Below are positions 34,548 through 46,174 of a stretch of DNA of 64,000 bases, one piece after another. Source of the DNA: Oikopleura dioica (taxonomy: Eukaryota > Animalia > Chordata). Position numbers and translations under genes: made by a program. Location: the NCBI GenBank assembly GCA_907165135.1, contig OU015570.1, positions 1,612,001 through 1,676,000 of the forward strand, written 5' to 3'. Position 1 is the stretch's first letter. Every line of letters starts with the position of its first letter. The notes beneath the pieces are model-generated. The model made no database searches. It had not been told where the DNA came from and saw nothing but the letters and a program-made list of their open reading frames with translations.

Positions 34548-35582
34548 TTATAGAAAAACCGACGCTTCATTTTCCTCTGGTAAACGTTCTTCTTCATTTG
34601 CTTGAGCAACGAAAGTGTTAGTCTTCTTACCGCGGTCTTCTTGTCGTTTAGGTTTCTCGTGGCGAAATCTACAGTTTTTGACTCTGCAGTTCCCAGCGGC
34701 AAAATACTTGCATATTGGCATTTTTGACTTTGGTTTCTGGCTCTGGCGTGCGAAAAATACTGATCCGCCCTGATTGGTTGTTTGAGAAATCAGGAATTCG
34801 ACTTTTGTCGCGATTGTTTGAGCATCTGAGATTTGAGCCCATTCATTGGCCATATGTGCGTGCACCGAAGGTTTCGTGACTTTCAATCGCCCCGCGATAA
34901 TGCTCGCAGAAACGAATTCGAATATGTCATCCGCGGTTGGAGCATTACTATCGTCGTTTTCTTGTGTGCCCGGGTTCTTTTTCATTTTGGTTCGGCGGAT
35001 TTGAGCGCAAATAGCGGCTTTAGCCGGCTCCATACGATCTTCTATGTCCTGCGCGTACTTTTTCCACGGTGAATTTTCGTCGAATTGCGTTTCCATTACT
35101 CTTGTTAAGAGTTGCAGCGCTGATAATCCCGAATCGTATGTTAAATTTTACCACTCGCGCAGCTCAATCCAAGTTTTCGTCGATTTTGTTGCGTTTTTAA
35201 GCCGCGAGTAAATTGAAGGGCTGAAGCGCAGCTTAACCTTTGACGCGAAGATTTCGTGCAATTTTGGGTCATCGGCGATATAAATTTCGTAAATTTGTGT
35301 TACTTTGGAAGTGAACACCGATGTTTCATCGAAATCTCGCCCGCTGTATGTTAATTCGTTCAGGGCGTTTTCCGCGGATTTGATCGCACTTGCTTGCTCT
35401 CTGGTTAACTCGTTACCTTCCACTTTGATCCCGTCGATTGCGATGTCCAGCTTTGCCTTGAGTTTCTTCTGTAATTCTTTTTTCTCTTTTGTGGCTGCTG
35501 AATTTGGCGAATTGAGCGCCGTTATTTCTTCATCTAGCTCAGCAATCGTTTCTCGGATCCATTTGAGAGTTTCGAGCGACAT
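34548..35582 (-). pseudogene. gag: Gag of element 2 with CCCH finger and one in-frame TAA
   Basis: ORFs 35148-35582 and 34548-35096 share a frame, separated only by TAA 35148-35150; 'CKYFAAGNCRVKNCRFRH'. Confidence 0.8.
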
Positions 35583-35844
35583 GGCGAAAAGCAGTTAGGT
35601 GACTCTTTTGAATGGCGTTACCTTATTGGTGCACTCAGATTTCAATTTCGATAGGTTTCGAAATTGCTGAGTGACCTCCGTGGAGGGTTTGATTCCCGCT
35701 CAGGATTAATCCACGTGATTGGCTGTAACCACAACTTGCGTTTTCCTCTCGGCGAATTGGTCCACCAAGATGATTTTCTTCCCAAATTAGCTTCTCTAGA
35801 TGGCTGGCTAGGAATGGGTGTTGTAGGACCGTGGGGTCGATTTT

Positions 35845-35855
35845 TCCTGGTACCA
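35845..35855 (-). promoter_or_regulatory. PBS of element 2 (tRNA-Leu UAA-like)
   Basis: TGGTACCAGGA 3 nt inside the LTR; complementary to ...UCCUGGUACCA. Confidence 0.7.
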
Positions 35856-36157
35856 GTATGTTGTGGTAACGATTTGCCTTGCAAAAGAATCGGAGAGCAA
35901 TTATCCGCGGTTTTTTATAAAAGCGTATATTAGGCTAATTTTCAAGTTAAAGAGTGAACAGAAAACGAGGCTTGCGCCGGCGAAAGTTATGAACAGCAGG
36001 TGCACGAGGCGAATCTCCAAATAAGGGAATCGGCAGATTCGCGATCACAACAAACCTGTTTCTGAAAACACCATCTAAAAATAAATCAACTTTTATAAAA
36101 CAACTCTAGAGACTCATCATTTAGCAGACACATCTATTCAGCAGGTTACAACACAAA

Positions 36158-36175
36158 TGGTGTCAGAAGTGGGAT
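36158..36175 (+). promoter_or_regulatory. PBS of element 3 (tRNA-Leu CAA-like)
   Basis: TGGTGTCAGAAGTGGGAT, an 18-nt complement of a eukaryotic tRNA-Leu 3' end. Confidence 0.85.
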
Positions 36176-36216
36176 AAGATATTTTCCCAGCGCCAAACCT
36201 TAGAGAATACCCACAA

Positions 36217-38379
36217 GTGAGTACAGAGATGAGATTTTTCTACTCATTAACAGATTTAGATACAGTCCTAGTCGACGCTCTTGCGATTCTAGAGAATCTT
36301 GCAGAGCTTGACCCAAAGACAAAATATGAATTTTTTAGGAGTAAGTATGAAGATAAAAAAGGACTCACAAAAGTGCCTCTGCGCTTCCCAACATCCAATT
36401 TTCAGTCAATAGTTAATTTTTACTCGTTAGATATTTCTAGACTAGTTGTAGCACCTAAGGATAAAGCACCTAAAGACAGATGCTATTTATTTCATTCTCC
36501 AAGTACTCTAACTGATGTAACAAAATTGATTGATGACCTTAGTTAATTAGATAAAAAAATACTAGAAGGACTACAAACTCAGAACTTAGGAGACAAGCTT
36601 GTTATCCTTGAGAGGAGTATAGAGGACTTCATTAAGAGAGTAGAGGAAAACATTGATGAACAAAAGCAAAAGTTATTTGTCTCTGGCTCGGCGATGAAAG
36701 TCTAAGATGTCATTAATGAGTTTGAAGAACGTGAGCGTCTGGTTTTCAATGAAGCGTATGAAAAGGCGGCTAAAGAGTTCTCGAAGAAAACGATCATTAT
36801 GGAGAAACAAGTAAGAGATCTAAAAGACACCATCGATGAGCAAGAGAATGAAATTGCGGACCTTCGTTATAATGCCGGGCTTAATGAGCAGAAGATAAGA
36901 CGTCTTACCAACGAACTTGATGCTTTGAGGCACAAAGCAACGACATTTGAGCGACTTCACAAGGAAAAGTCAAAAAGAAGCCTCTAACCCAAGAAGATAC
37001 TCAACAACATCTTTCCTCGGACAAACCAGGTCGCACCATTAATTCTTGATGAGCCGGTACCACATCAAAAGAAAGATGCTCTCCAGCCGTCTCCGGCGGT
37101 AGTAAACCTTGAAACATCAGGAGATAAAGCTAATAACACGAAGCCACCTGCAGACCGTAAAAATACCAAAGACGATACGGCGGCACCTGGTCATAAACTT
37201 GAGAATGTTGACGGACATAGGGGCAACGGCCAAGCAATGAACTCAGGTCGTAAAGAGACTCGAAAGGAAGAGACAGAAAAACTAGAAGAAGACAATTCGG
37301 TTGCTAAGACCGAGAGAATGAGCCAAGAGCAGATAGAAAGACTGCAGCATCAAGTGGAGCGAATGACGCTTCTCTTTGAACTGCAACAACAGCAGCGAGA
37401 CCAGGAACTGAACAGGGAGCGAAATCGTCCAAATGAACGAGCGCGACTGCGAGCTGAAGAACCTCGATATGAAGTTGGAAGGGATCAAGGGCTGAAGGCG
37501 ACCGTCAAGGCGCCAGTTTGGGCTAAGTCTTCTGATGCGAGCCAAAAAGCAAGTCATCTCAATGACTTTATAGATTCGTTGATACTCTTTCGTGAACTCT
37601 CTTTGCTCTCAGACGCGTCACTGATCTACAGTTCGCTCGAAAACTCGGGTCGAATGGACATTTTGCGTGAATTGACAAATGAGCAGAAACGAAGTCTCCC
37701 GGAATTCATTGATCATTTGCGACGGGCTCATGGAGGATCTTCACTTTCTCATAGAGCAAGTCTTAGCTCTCTAAGACAAGGACCCACTGAATCACCACTA
37801 AGCTTTTTCATGAGAGTGATTCGAGAGTTCTATCTCTCGCGAAAGGTGCTCCCACCATCTCCGTCAGCAATCACTGAGAGAGATAGACAAGAGGACATTC
37901 TGTACCTCTTTACAAATGGGCTTAAGAATCAAGCGGTGGCACAACATGTCAAACTTCATGAGAAGACAAGACCATTTGCAGATATTGGAAATCTGGCAAA
38001 TGAGGCCGAGGAGGCAATGCAACCGTTGAAAACGCAAATGAGTGTTGTGCGAACATCTAACAGAAGATATGACAACAACGACCGACGAGATGGGAGCCGG
38101 AGACAGAGATCGCTGAAAGATATTGAATGCCATCGATGTGGTTTTAAAGGTCACATTGCCCGAATGTGTACGGCAAATCAGAAAACGGTAGGTCGTCATG
38201 AGCGTCGTAAAGAGAGAGGGCGTAAAGGCACACCCTTTCCGAGAGGTAATAAAAGAGGGCGATCTCAATCACGGTCCTCAGACCGCTCAAGAAGCAGCAG
38301 TCACACACGCTCAAGAAGCAGAGATTCCTCAAGGCGAAATTCAAGAGATTCTTCGAGAGGCAGATCAAATTCAAGATAA
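36217..38379 (+). pseudogene. gag: Gag of element 3 (~720 codons) with three in-frame TAA stops
   Basis: ORFs at 36217, 36799 and 37237 share a frame; TAA at 36544, 36703 and 36985; 'LRQGPTESPLSF' capsid motif; CCHC knuckle 'CHRCGFKGHIARMC'; RS-rich tail. Confidence 0.85.
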
Positions 38380-38537
38380 TCACGTCACAGATCAAACCCC
38401 AGCTCGAGACAATCTTCTCGAAACTCAAGTAGAGAAGGGAGACGTTATTAACCGTGCTTATTAATAAGATAACAAAAAAACCGCATCCTTTCCTGTAAAT
38501 TTTAACAATTAATACAACTAACCAAAACCTTAAAATT

Positions 38538-41500
38538 ATGACCCTCACAGATGTTCCTGCCTTCATGGCGGAAGCCTACTGTCTTGACAGCAGTGGCAAC
38601 CACCTGGGAGGCATGGTTTATTCAGAAGTCTTGCTTGATACGGGTGCAATGCTTGGAGCTATTGACTCACGGCACCCTTTTGCAGAATATGGCGTACGAC
38701 ATAATAGAACAATTGACATTTCGGCGTTCACAGATAAACTTACATCACAAGAAGAAATCATAACGGTAGACATTAAAATCGTGGATGGTAGAACCAAAGA
38801 CGCACTTGTATCATCAGTGACACTTTTGGTATTAGATAACCTTGCTAGAGAAATAATTCTTCCATACTCAGTTATTTCAAATTTCGATCTAAAATTTGGT
38901 CCCAGATGGTGTTATCTCTATAACAAAATTTCGGAAAAGAGTCATGCTCTGAGGCTGCTCACAGCTGACACTGTGGAAATCTCGACACAGATTTGTTTAG
39001 AACCACAAGCGCAGCAAGAGCTGGATAACACTGGTATTCCAATTGAAACCGATGGCAGAGTTCAAATGGCATTTCTCGGAAAATATGAAGAAAGAACGGA
39101 CCTCCCAGTAATCTCTCATGGAGAGAAATCGATGATCATCAATGACTCAACGGAAGTGCTAAAAATACCGGCAGGGACAAAGCTCTGCCTAATACGACCA
39201 ACGTTGCAAGAGGAACGCTTGCTTGAAGACGTTGAAGAATTTCGAAATAGACCACACCTACGTAAATATCAAAACCTTGATCCAAAGGATGTTAAAGTAA
39301 AACTAGACCATCTCAATGGCCGGCTTAAATGCATTACTGAAGAATTCGTAGAAGAATTCCATTATATATTTGCTAGAAATGACAAAGACATTGGTCCAGG
39401 ATTCCGTTTAGGATATCCCTATAAAATAAACAAAACTACTTCGCAGCCTCAACCGAGGAAGTACATTCCAGTCGCCCAGAAATACGAAGATTTTCTCCAA
39501 AATCACATTAATTCACTTGAAGATCAACGAGTAGTTGAACAGATACCCAATTTGGATGTCATCACGGCGTCTTGGGTCATAGTTCCAAAGGGCAATGATA
39601 AATTACGACCTTGTTTGGACCTCCGTCCACTAAATAATATAACCATTGCGGATAAAAATTTTCCCCTACCACCACTGCAGAGCATTCTACAGGAGCTCTC
39701 GGGACACAGGTATAACAGTTCATTAGACCTTTCATCGGCCTTTCATCAGTTCGTTTTGCACCCAGATGACAGGCATCACTACATTTCTGTCGCCTCAGCG
39801 ACAAGCCTACCAGTATCGTCGAATTCCGTTTGACGGTAGGCTTATCACCTCGTTGTTACAATCACTCATCACGATTGTGCTGGCGGAAAACGAGAAAAAC
39901 ATATGCTGCTATGTAGATGACATATCAATTTATGCCGACACAGCTGAAGAGCACAACGACGTCCTCAGACGGTTCTTTAACAAGCTTGGTGATGCCAATC
40001 TTGTCCTTAACCCATCAAAGACAATTCTTCTCAAAGAAAAACTAGAAATATTTGGCTACACGGTGGATCGAAACGGCTACAAGCCGTCAAAGGCAAGAAT
40101 TGACAAACTTTTGACACTCTCCATACCGGAATCGTCCACTGCAATGCGCAAGGCGATCGCGACGTTTGCATATTTTCGCCCAACTTTCATGAAATTTGCG
40201 GAAATGGCGCGACAACTGTTTGAATGGGCGCAACCTGGTTCAAAATATAATCCGAAATCGAAAGAGGCAAAAGAAGCGTGGGATGCACTCCTCAGATGCA
40301 CAGCGAACAGCGTTTTGCTTACAAAACCAGATCTCAATCAGCGTTTCACCCTTCGATCGGATGCCTCAACTTATGCTTATGGAAGCGTTCTGTCTCAACA
40401 GATTGATGGACAAGAAAGGATTATTGCTGTGGACAGTCGTCAATTCACAAAAGGTCAAAGGTCCTGGTCGATTCCGACGAAAGAGTTGTGGTCAGCGTTC
40501 TCAGCCGTTCGCTTTAACGCTAACCTGCTCACAGGGAGACGATTTACTTTGATAACGGACAATCAGTCCGTAGTTCATGTTATACGAGGAGCAAGGAACC
40601 TGGAAATAACAACTTCAAACCCAATTGCTAGATCAATCATATACTTAAATATGTTTGAAATAGATGTTAAGTGGTCTAAGGGAACTGATGCAGATTTTCA
40701 CCTTACTGACTTGCTCTCAAGAAATAAGATTCATCTTAACTCCCCAGTTAGATTAGGAACTAAGTCAAAAGAGCCAATTCTACAAGTAAAAGATATCTAT
40801 GATACCTGGATTAGTGTAGACCCCCAAGATAAAGAAAAGGTGACAGATGTGGCAAGGAGGGACTACCGACAAGAATCATCAACCAGTACTGTAATAACAA
40901 CAATGAACGTGACTATTCCGGAGGCTCAGATTAAAGTAGCAGAGCTACAAAAGAAAATCAAGAAATCACAGCATGATTGCAAGAAAACACAAAAACGGAT
41001 AAGGAAGCTTTTGAATAATGAAAAGGTGCCTGGGTTTAAGACAAAGATGGACCCGGAGATTGGACGCAATATCTTATTCAAAGGAGATCAAATTGTTGTG
41101 CCAAATCACGAAGTTTGTAGCCTGATTGCACAATTACATAATCATACAACAAACAGGGCCATTTTACAACAGATGGAATTGCTCAATCTGTGGTTTGAGA
41201 ACATGACGCGTACTATCACCGAGTTTGGACTTTCCTGTGAAATCTGCACCCGTCGGAAAGCGGTGGCTCGTCATCCAGTTAAAATTGGTCAAACGATAAA
41301 CCTGGTAACTGAACCTTTCCAGCGTTGCCACTTGGACAATCTTGTTTGCAAACCCTACTACATCATGGTCGTGAGAGATCATTTCTCTGGGTACACTGAC
41401 ATGGCCGCCCTACATTCTGAAAAACTTGGAGACACATTGGAGACAGTGACTAAATTAATGCTCAGAATGTCGCTACCGAAGGAAGTGGTTTGTGATAATG

Positions 41501-42345
41501 CAAAAACGTTCAAAAGTGAACAATTCGTGGATATGATGACCAACTTGGGGATTGCTCTGACATACATAAGTCCGAAAAACTCAAGAAGCAATGGGAAAGT
41601 CGAACGGATAAATCGGACTATCGGCGAAAGACTTGCGACTCTGACAGGGAATAATACGTTACCGTTACTCATGACGCTATCAGAACTGGACACGATATGT
41701 GCTCTTATCGCGTTTGAGGTTAATCATACGAAGTCAAGGACGAGCAAGTTCGCACCAATTACAATCATTACAGGACAACTGCCAAACTTCGGAATTCGTC
41801 TGCCGCGGAAGGCATTTCATGCCTCTCAAGAGGCGTACATGAAGTGGCTAACAGCTCAACTTTCGCGGATCCGACAGACTCTAATAAAAGACTTAGATGA
41901 AGCAATCAATGAGGAGGCTGAAACTCTACGGATTCGACTAAAAGAAAATGACCGAGTCCGGATTAAAACTGATCCCAAGCCTGGTATACCAAAACGAGCA
42001 AGGGAGCGATGGTCAAGTGAGACTTATAGGATTGTGAGACTTCATCCAGAACAAAATTCACTCACGATACAGAAGGAAAACGACACGGGTGATAAACGGT
42101 TGCGGGCACCAAGATCGACCGTGGCAATCGACAGAGTAAGAAGAATAACTGACGAAAATGAATTGCGAGAGGAGAAGTCGCGTGATGAAATAACAGAAGT
42201 AAATGAAGACGAAACAGCCGAAGTGAAGAAAAAGGGGGCCCCAAGGAAAAGAGTGACATTCAAAGACATCGATGAGAGAGCAAAGGCTCCGGTGAGGTAT
42301 AATTTGAGAAGCAAAAGCCGGTCTGATCAGCCGACTAAGAAATAA
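38538..42345 (+). pseudogene. pol: Pol of element 3 with one frameshift in RT (~39785)
   Basis: LLDTGA, 'LDLSSAFHQ', YVDD, 'RSDAS', H...C-x2-C and DDE integrase; a 2-nt loss at CACTAC(AC)ATTT would restore the frame. Confidence 0.93.
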
Positions 42346-42608
42346 CTTTGACGAAAGTTCATACCACCGTAAAAGACACCGGCTTGTAAACATAAAAGAA
42401 AAACGCACTTCAAAGTAACTCATTACATAAAATTAATTTTAATTACAACCTGTCGTAAAAATGAGATCAAAGACCTTGATGTAAAAATAACTCTGATGGT
42501 TATGGTCTTGGTCAAAGCATACACATACCGCCTGTTACCGGTACCACGCCCATCATTAAAACTTATCATATAAAGATCTCTTCAAACAAACTAAGCTCAC
42601 TTCCACTC

Positions 42609-45149
42609 ATGAGACGTCAAACAAAACTAAAATGGTTCTTTTTCAAATTACTTCTAGTCATAACCGCTCAAGAGAAACCCCTCCAAACACAAATGGAAGA
42701 GCCAGAACTCGTTACACCAACGAGCGTGAATACAACGAGAAACCAATTGTACTCCCCAACAAACATTAAGACAAAGATAATCGCACCTTTAGGTTTAGCC
42801 CTTGTTCTAGAACCCCAAAATACTACCTTACTAATAGAAAATTACCAGCCAGTGAAAAAGATCTTTCGTTTGAACTTCCTATTTTGGAATCAATGTTTGC
42901 TCACTGTGATGCTGAAATGCTAGAGACCATAAAAACTCAAATTGATAGCGATGAAAATTTTAAAGAGGTCTGCAAACAGGCCCTAGCTCTTCGACAGCAA
43001 TTCCTAGCGGAGATTAAGGAAGAAAGTGGATATTCAAGAAAAAGGAGAACAACACAAAAAACGGTGATCTCAATCATGCAAACAAAACCTTCTAGTGAAA
43101 CTGACAACAAACTTAGATGGACACCTCACCCGAATGATGTAATATTAACAAGCTGGACTCCTCCACCAACTATAGATAATAAAAATGATCGTGTTATTGA
43201 AATGACAGCACCGTCAATTCGCTCGACAGAGCCGCCGGAAGATAACAAGCTTAGATGGAGTCCGACGACTAAAAGGGCAACCACAACGACAACAGAGGCG
43301 CGCGTAGTGACAACAAAACCATCGACCACAACAAGAATGACAACCACGAAATACACTACAAAGCGTACGACCGTAAAATCGGAAAATCGATCAAGAAAGC
43401 AGCCCAGAACATCAAAAACAACAACAACAACAAGACGCCCAAAGACAACGAAGCGGCAAAACACAACAAGGCGGACAACAACGACGACAAACCGCCCAAA
43501 AACGACAAAACGAGCGGAGCCCACCACGACTAAACATAGAGAAAGGGTACTTCCAACAGTAGGCTATTTTCCGGACAAAAATGCAAGGTATCATCGAGGT
43601 ACGTGCATTAAGGACAACTCTCCAGTTGACTCCTACTGGCTTGGCGAGGTTGTTGATTGCACTGCTGAAGACTGTGAATGCTGTAGTCAATACACCTGTA
43701 AGTATGGGCTTCAAGTTGAGCATATAAAAGACTTGCTAACATATATGGCAGAAAATGGGCGAGGCGACCTTCTATATAAAGCTCAACACTTTTGTTTTGG
43801 CTCTCCAGCCTATTCAAGAAGGAAAAGATCAATGTCTATTTTTCAGTATTGGTCGCATGGGGAGCTCTCTCCCCTCCAGTATCAATACAGAGGTGAAGAA
43901 CCTCCGGGAAATGGAGGATGAGAAAATAAGCAAGTTGGCGAAACAAATGGTCACCTCAAGTGACTTGACCACTTCGATTAAAAGTGAAGATGCTAAAATA
44001 AGTCTTCTCAAAGACAGTTTATGTGTAGCCACTACTGACAATGTCAACAATCTGAGGCTCACAGAGCTTCGTCTCACCTATTCTGACCTAGCTTCAAAAA
44101 TTGAGCTCGCGATAAGGCGATGCTCGGGTGGCTCACTACCCAATGGCTTGCACTATAAAGTGTTAGCTCATGCCTGCAGCCATTTGAATCCCTCCAAGAT
44201 CATTGCTTGCTCGAATCCCGAGATTCTGGAATCAATGAAATGTCAAGTAGACACAGTTCTTATTGGTGAAGATAAAATCGATGTAAGAATCAAGGTCTTG
44301 ATTCCGATATTTGTTCCGAATGAGACTATCACCTCAATTTGAACGTTTCCTTTTCTAGACCAGAGTAGGCAACTAAAACAGGTTCATGACTTACCACGTC
44401 ACATATCAGTCACAAAAACTCATATTTTCAAATCAAACTGTGACCTTCAGGATAATCGCAAATATGCGATTTGCACTCTTGCGGACAATCTTGAGCCTTT
44501 GAATCTAAAATGTATTAATGCCATCCTTGGAGGAAATGAACACTTTATAAACATTTTTTGCAAAACAATTCCATATACTGGAGAATCATGTCTCGTGAGT
44601 AAACTACCTAGAGGAATGGGACTAGGTGTTTGGAGTATGACCCCACTTCCAGTTTCATATAAATCGGATGTTGAAAACATGTTAGGGAAGACGATCGATG
44701 TGATTCCTCCAAATTCACCGACAATATTAACTACTTCTGGTACATTTATAACATGCTCAGGAGTACCTTTTGACGTCCCAGAAGAGTCCAAAAATATTGA
44801 ACTCAATATAGTTCAGGACTTAGAGGTACACTTGCAGGATGTTCCACTCTTGGAAACGGATTTACATCTGCTTCAGAAGAGAATTTCCTCTCTGGCAGTT
44901 AAACAGGAACAAGATCACCGAAACCAAGTAAACAAAACTTCAACTCTTATTACGTCCATTTTGAACATCGAGCCTAAACATGAGGGAACGGCTCGGATAG
45001 TTTTTAAATACTTACTACTATTTGCAATCTTAATCTTAGGATACATCTTCCTAAGATGCATATGGAACTCGTTCCAAAAATGTAAGAAAACAACTCAAAC
45101 AACCATTGCTAATTTCAGAACCAATCAGATGAGAGACACGTCTGTGTAG
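42609..45149 (+). pseudogene. env: env-like class I fusion glycoprotein (paramyxovirus-F-like), two frameshifts and one stop
   Basis: Signal peptide 'WFFFKLLLVITA'; furin sites RKRR (43037-48) and RRKR (43817-28); heptad-like region after the second site; Cys-rich C-terminal half; TM 'IVFKYLLLFAILILGYIFL'; frameshifts in T and G runs (~42870, ~43860); TGA at 44340. Confidence 0.85.
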
Positions 45150-46174
45150 AATATTCAGATAAAAATCCCCAGCTTGCTTAAAGGGTAAACTGCTTATAAT
45201 TATCTTTTTTTAAATGAACGCACCTTCATATTCGTCAATTGTTATTATCACAGAAGGTTTATTAATTTTCACTAAAATGAGTGACGCGAAAACTATAAAA
45301 TGCTTCTAGACCAAAGTTGAACCCATAACTGGAGTAACGATATTTGATTATTTCTTTAAATGCTAATGAAATGCTGCTTTAAGTAACACGAGAAATCAAG
45401 GATGAAAACAAGGCTTAAAAATAAAAAATATGTATACAATTATGTGCTTATCATTACTTTTATCTATGCTGCTTGCCGTAGAAAAAGAAAAGAAAAAAAA
45501 ATTAAAAATATAAATATTAAGATAAAAAAAAAAGATACGAGAAATAAAAAAAAAACGAAAAAAACCTGTACATAATGTATAATTTAAACTCTGTTTTAAC
45601 CTGCTTGTCAAGATTATCATCGTTTTGATAACCTGTATATACTGTATATAGTAATCTAACTTAATTCTTTAAATCATTATCATAATCATCAGCTGGTGCA
45701 GAAGGATTTTATTGAATCCACTGCAAAGCTGAATTTCTTCAATTTCCACAAAGTTCAATTATAACATGAAAACAGTTCAAAGCAAATTATTTTTCACTGC
45801 CAATTGTACATTTCTATTTTCACTGCCAATTGAAAATTATTTATTTTCACTGCCACTTGCCGACATCAAAGATCATTTTCTTTCCGTCATAAAACTTAAT
45901 TATCTTCTTTTATGTTAAAATAATTTCCCTTGCTTTATACATGAAAGCATTCTTCAATTTACAACCAGCTTTGCCACTGCCAATATTTATATTTAAAAAC
46001 TCATCAAAATCAAAAGATAGGCCAATAAGGGCCTCACCCCTCGTAAAATGTGCCACTTCAAAAAAAAAATACCACGATGTCACATCAGTTGCTCTCAACT
46101 AAATTAAAAGAAAAGAGTGAAAAACAGAAAAGGGACCTCTGTCCCGAGAAACGAAAAAAAAAAGAGAGTCAAGG

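Larger units (their letters stand above)
30640..36052 (-). mobile_element. compact Ty3/gypsy element, element 2, nested in the 5' LTR of element 3
   Basis: 194-bp LTRs TGTTGTG...CACAACA at 30640-30833 and 35859-36052 (1 mismatch); 4-bp TSD AACC; G-run PPT at 30834-30840. Confidence 0.97.

Noticed and set aside
36217-38379. Variant genetic code with TAA = Gln
   Set aside because: Intact ORFs in the window (pol 13814, pol 42345, gag 38379) terminate at TAA, and the DIRS TAA replaces an expected Tyr.
43126-43723. Antisense Val/Cys-rich ORFs over env, and similar shadow ORFs (5586-6057, 46611-46976, 37864-38566)
   Set aside because: Explained as reverse-frame by-products of low-complexity coding repeats.
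30960-45149. Programmed frameshifting at internal pol and env breaks
   Set aside because: Breaks fall inside conserved domains, mostly at short homopolymer or dinucleotide runs. The duplicated units also differ in run lengths, pointing to decay or sequencing error.
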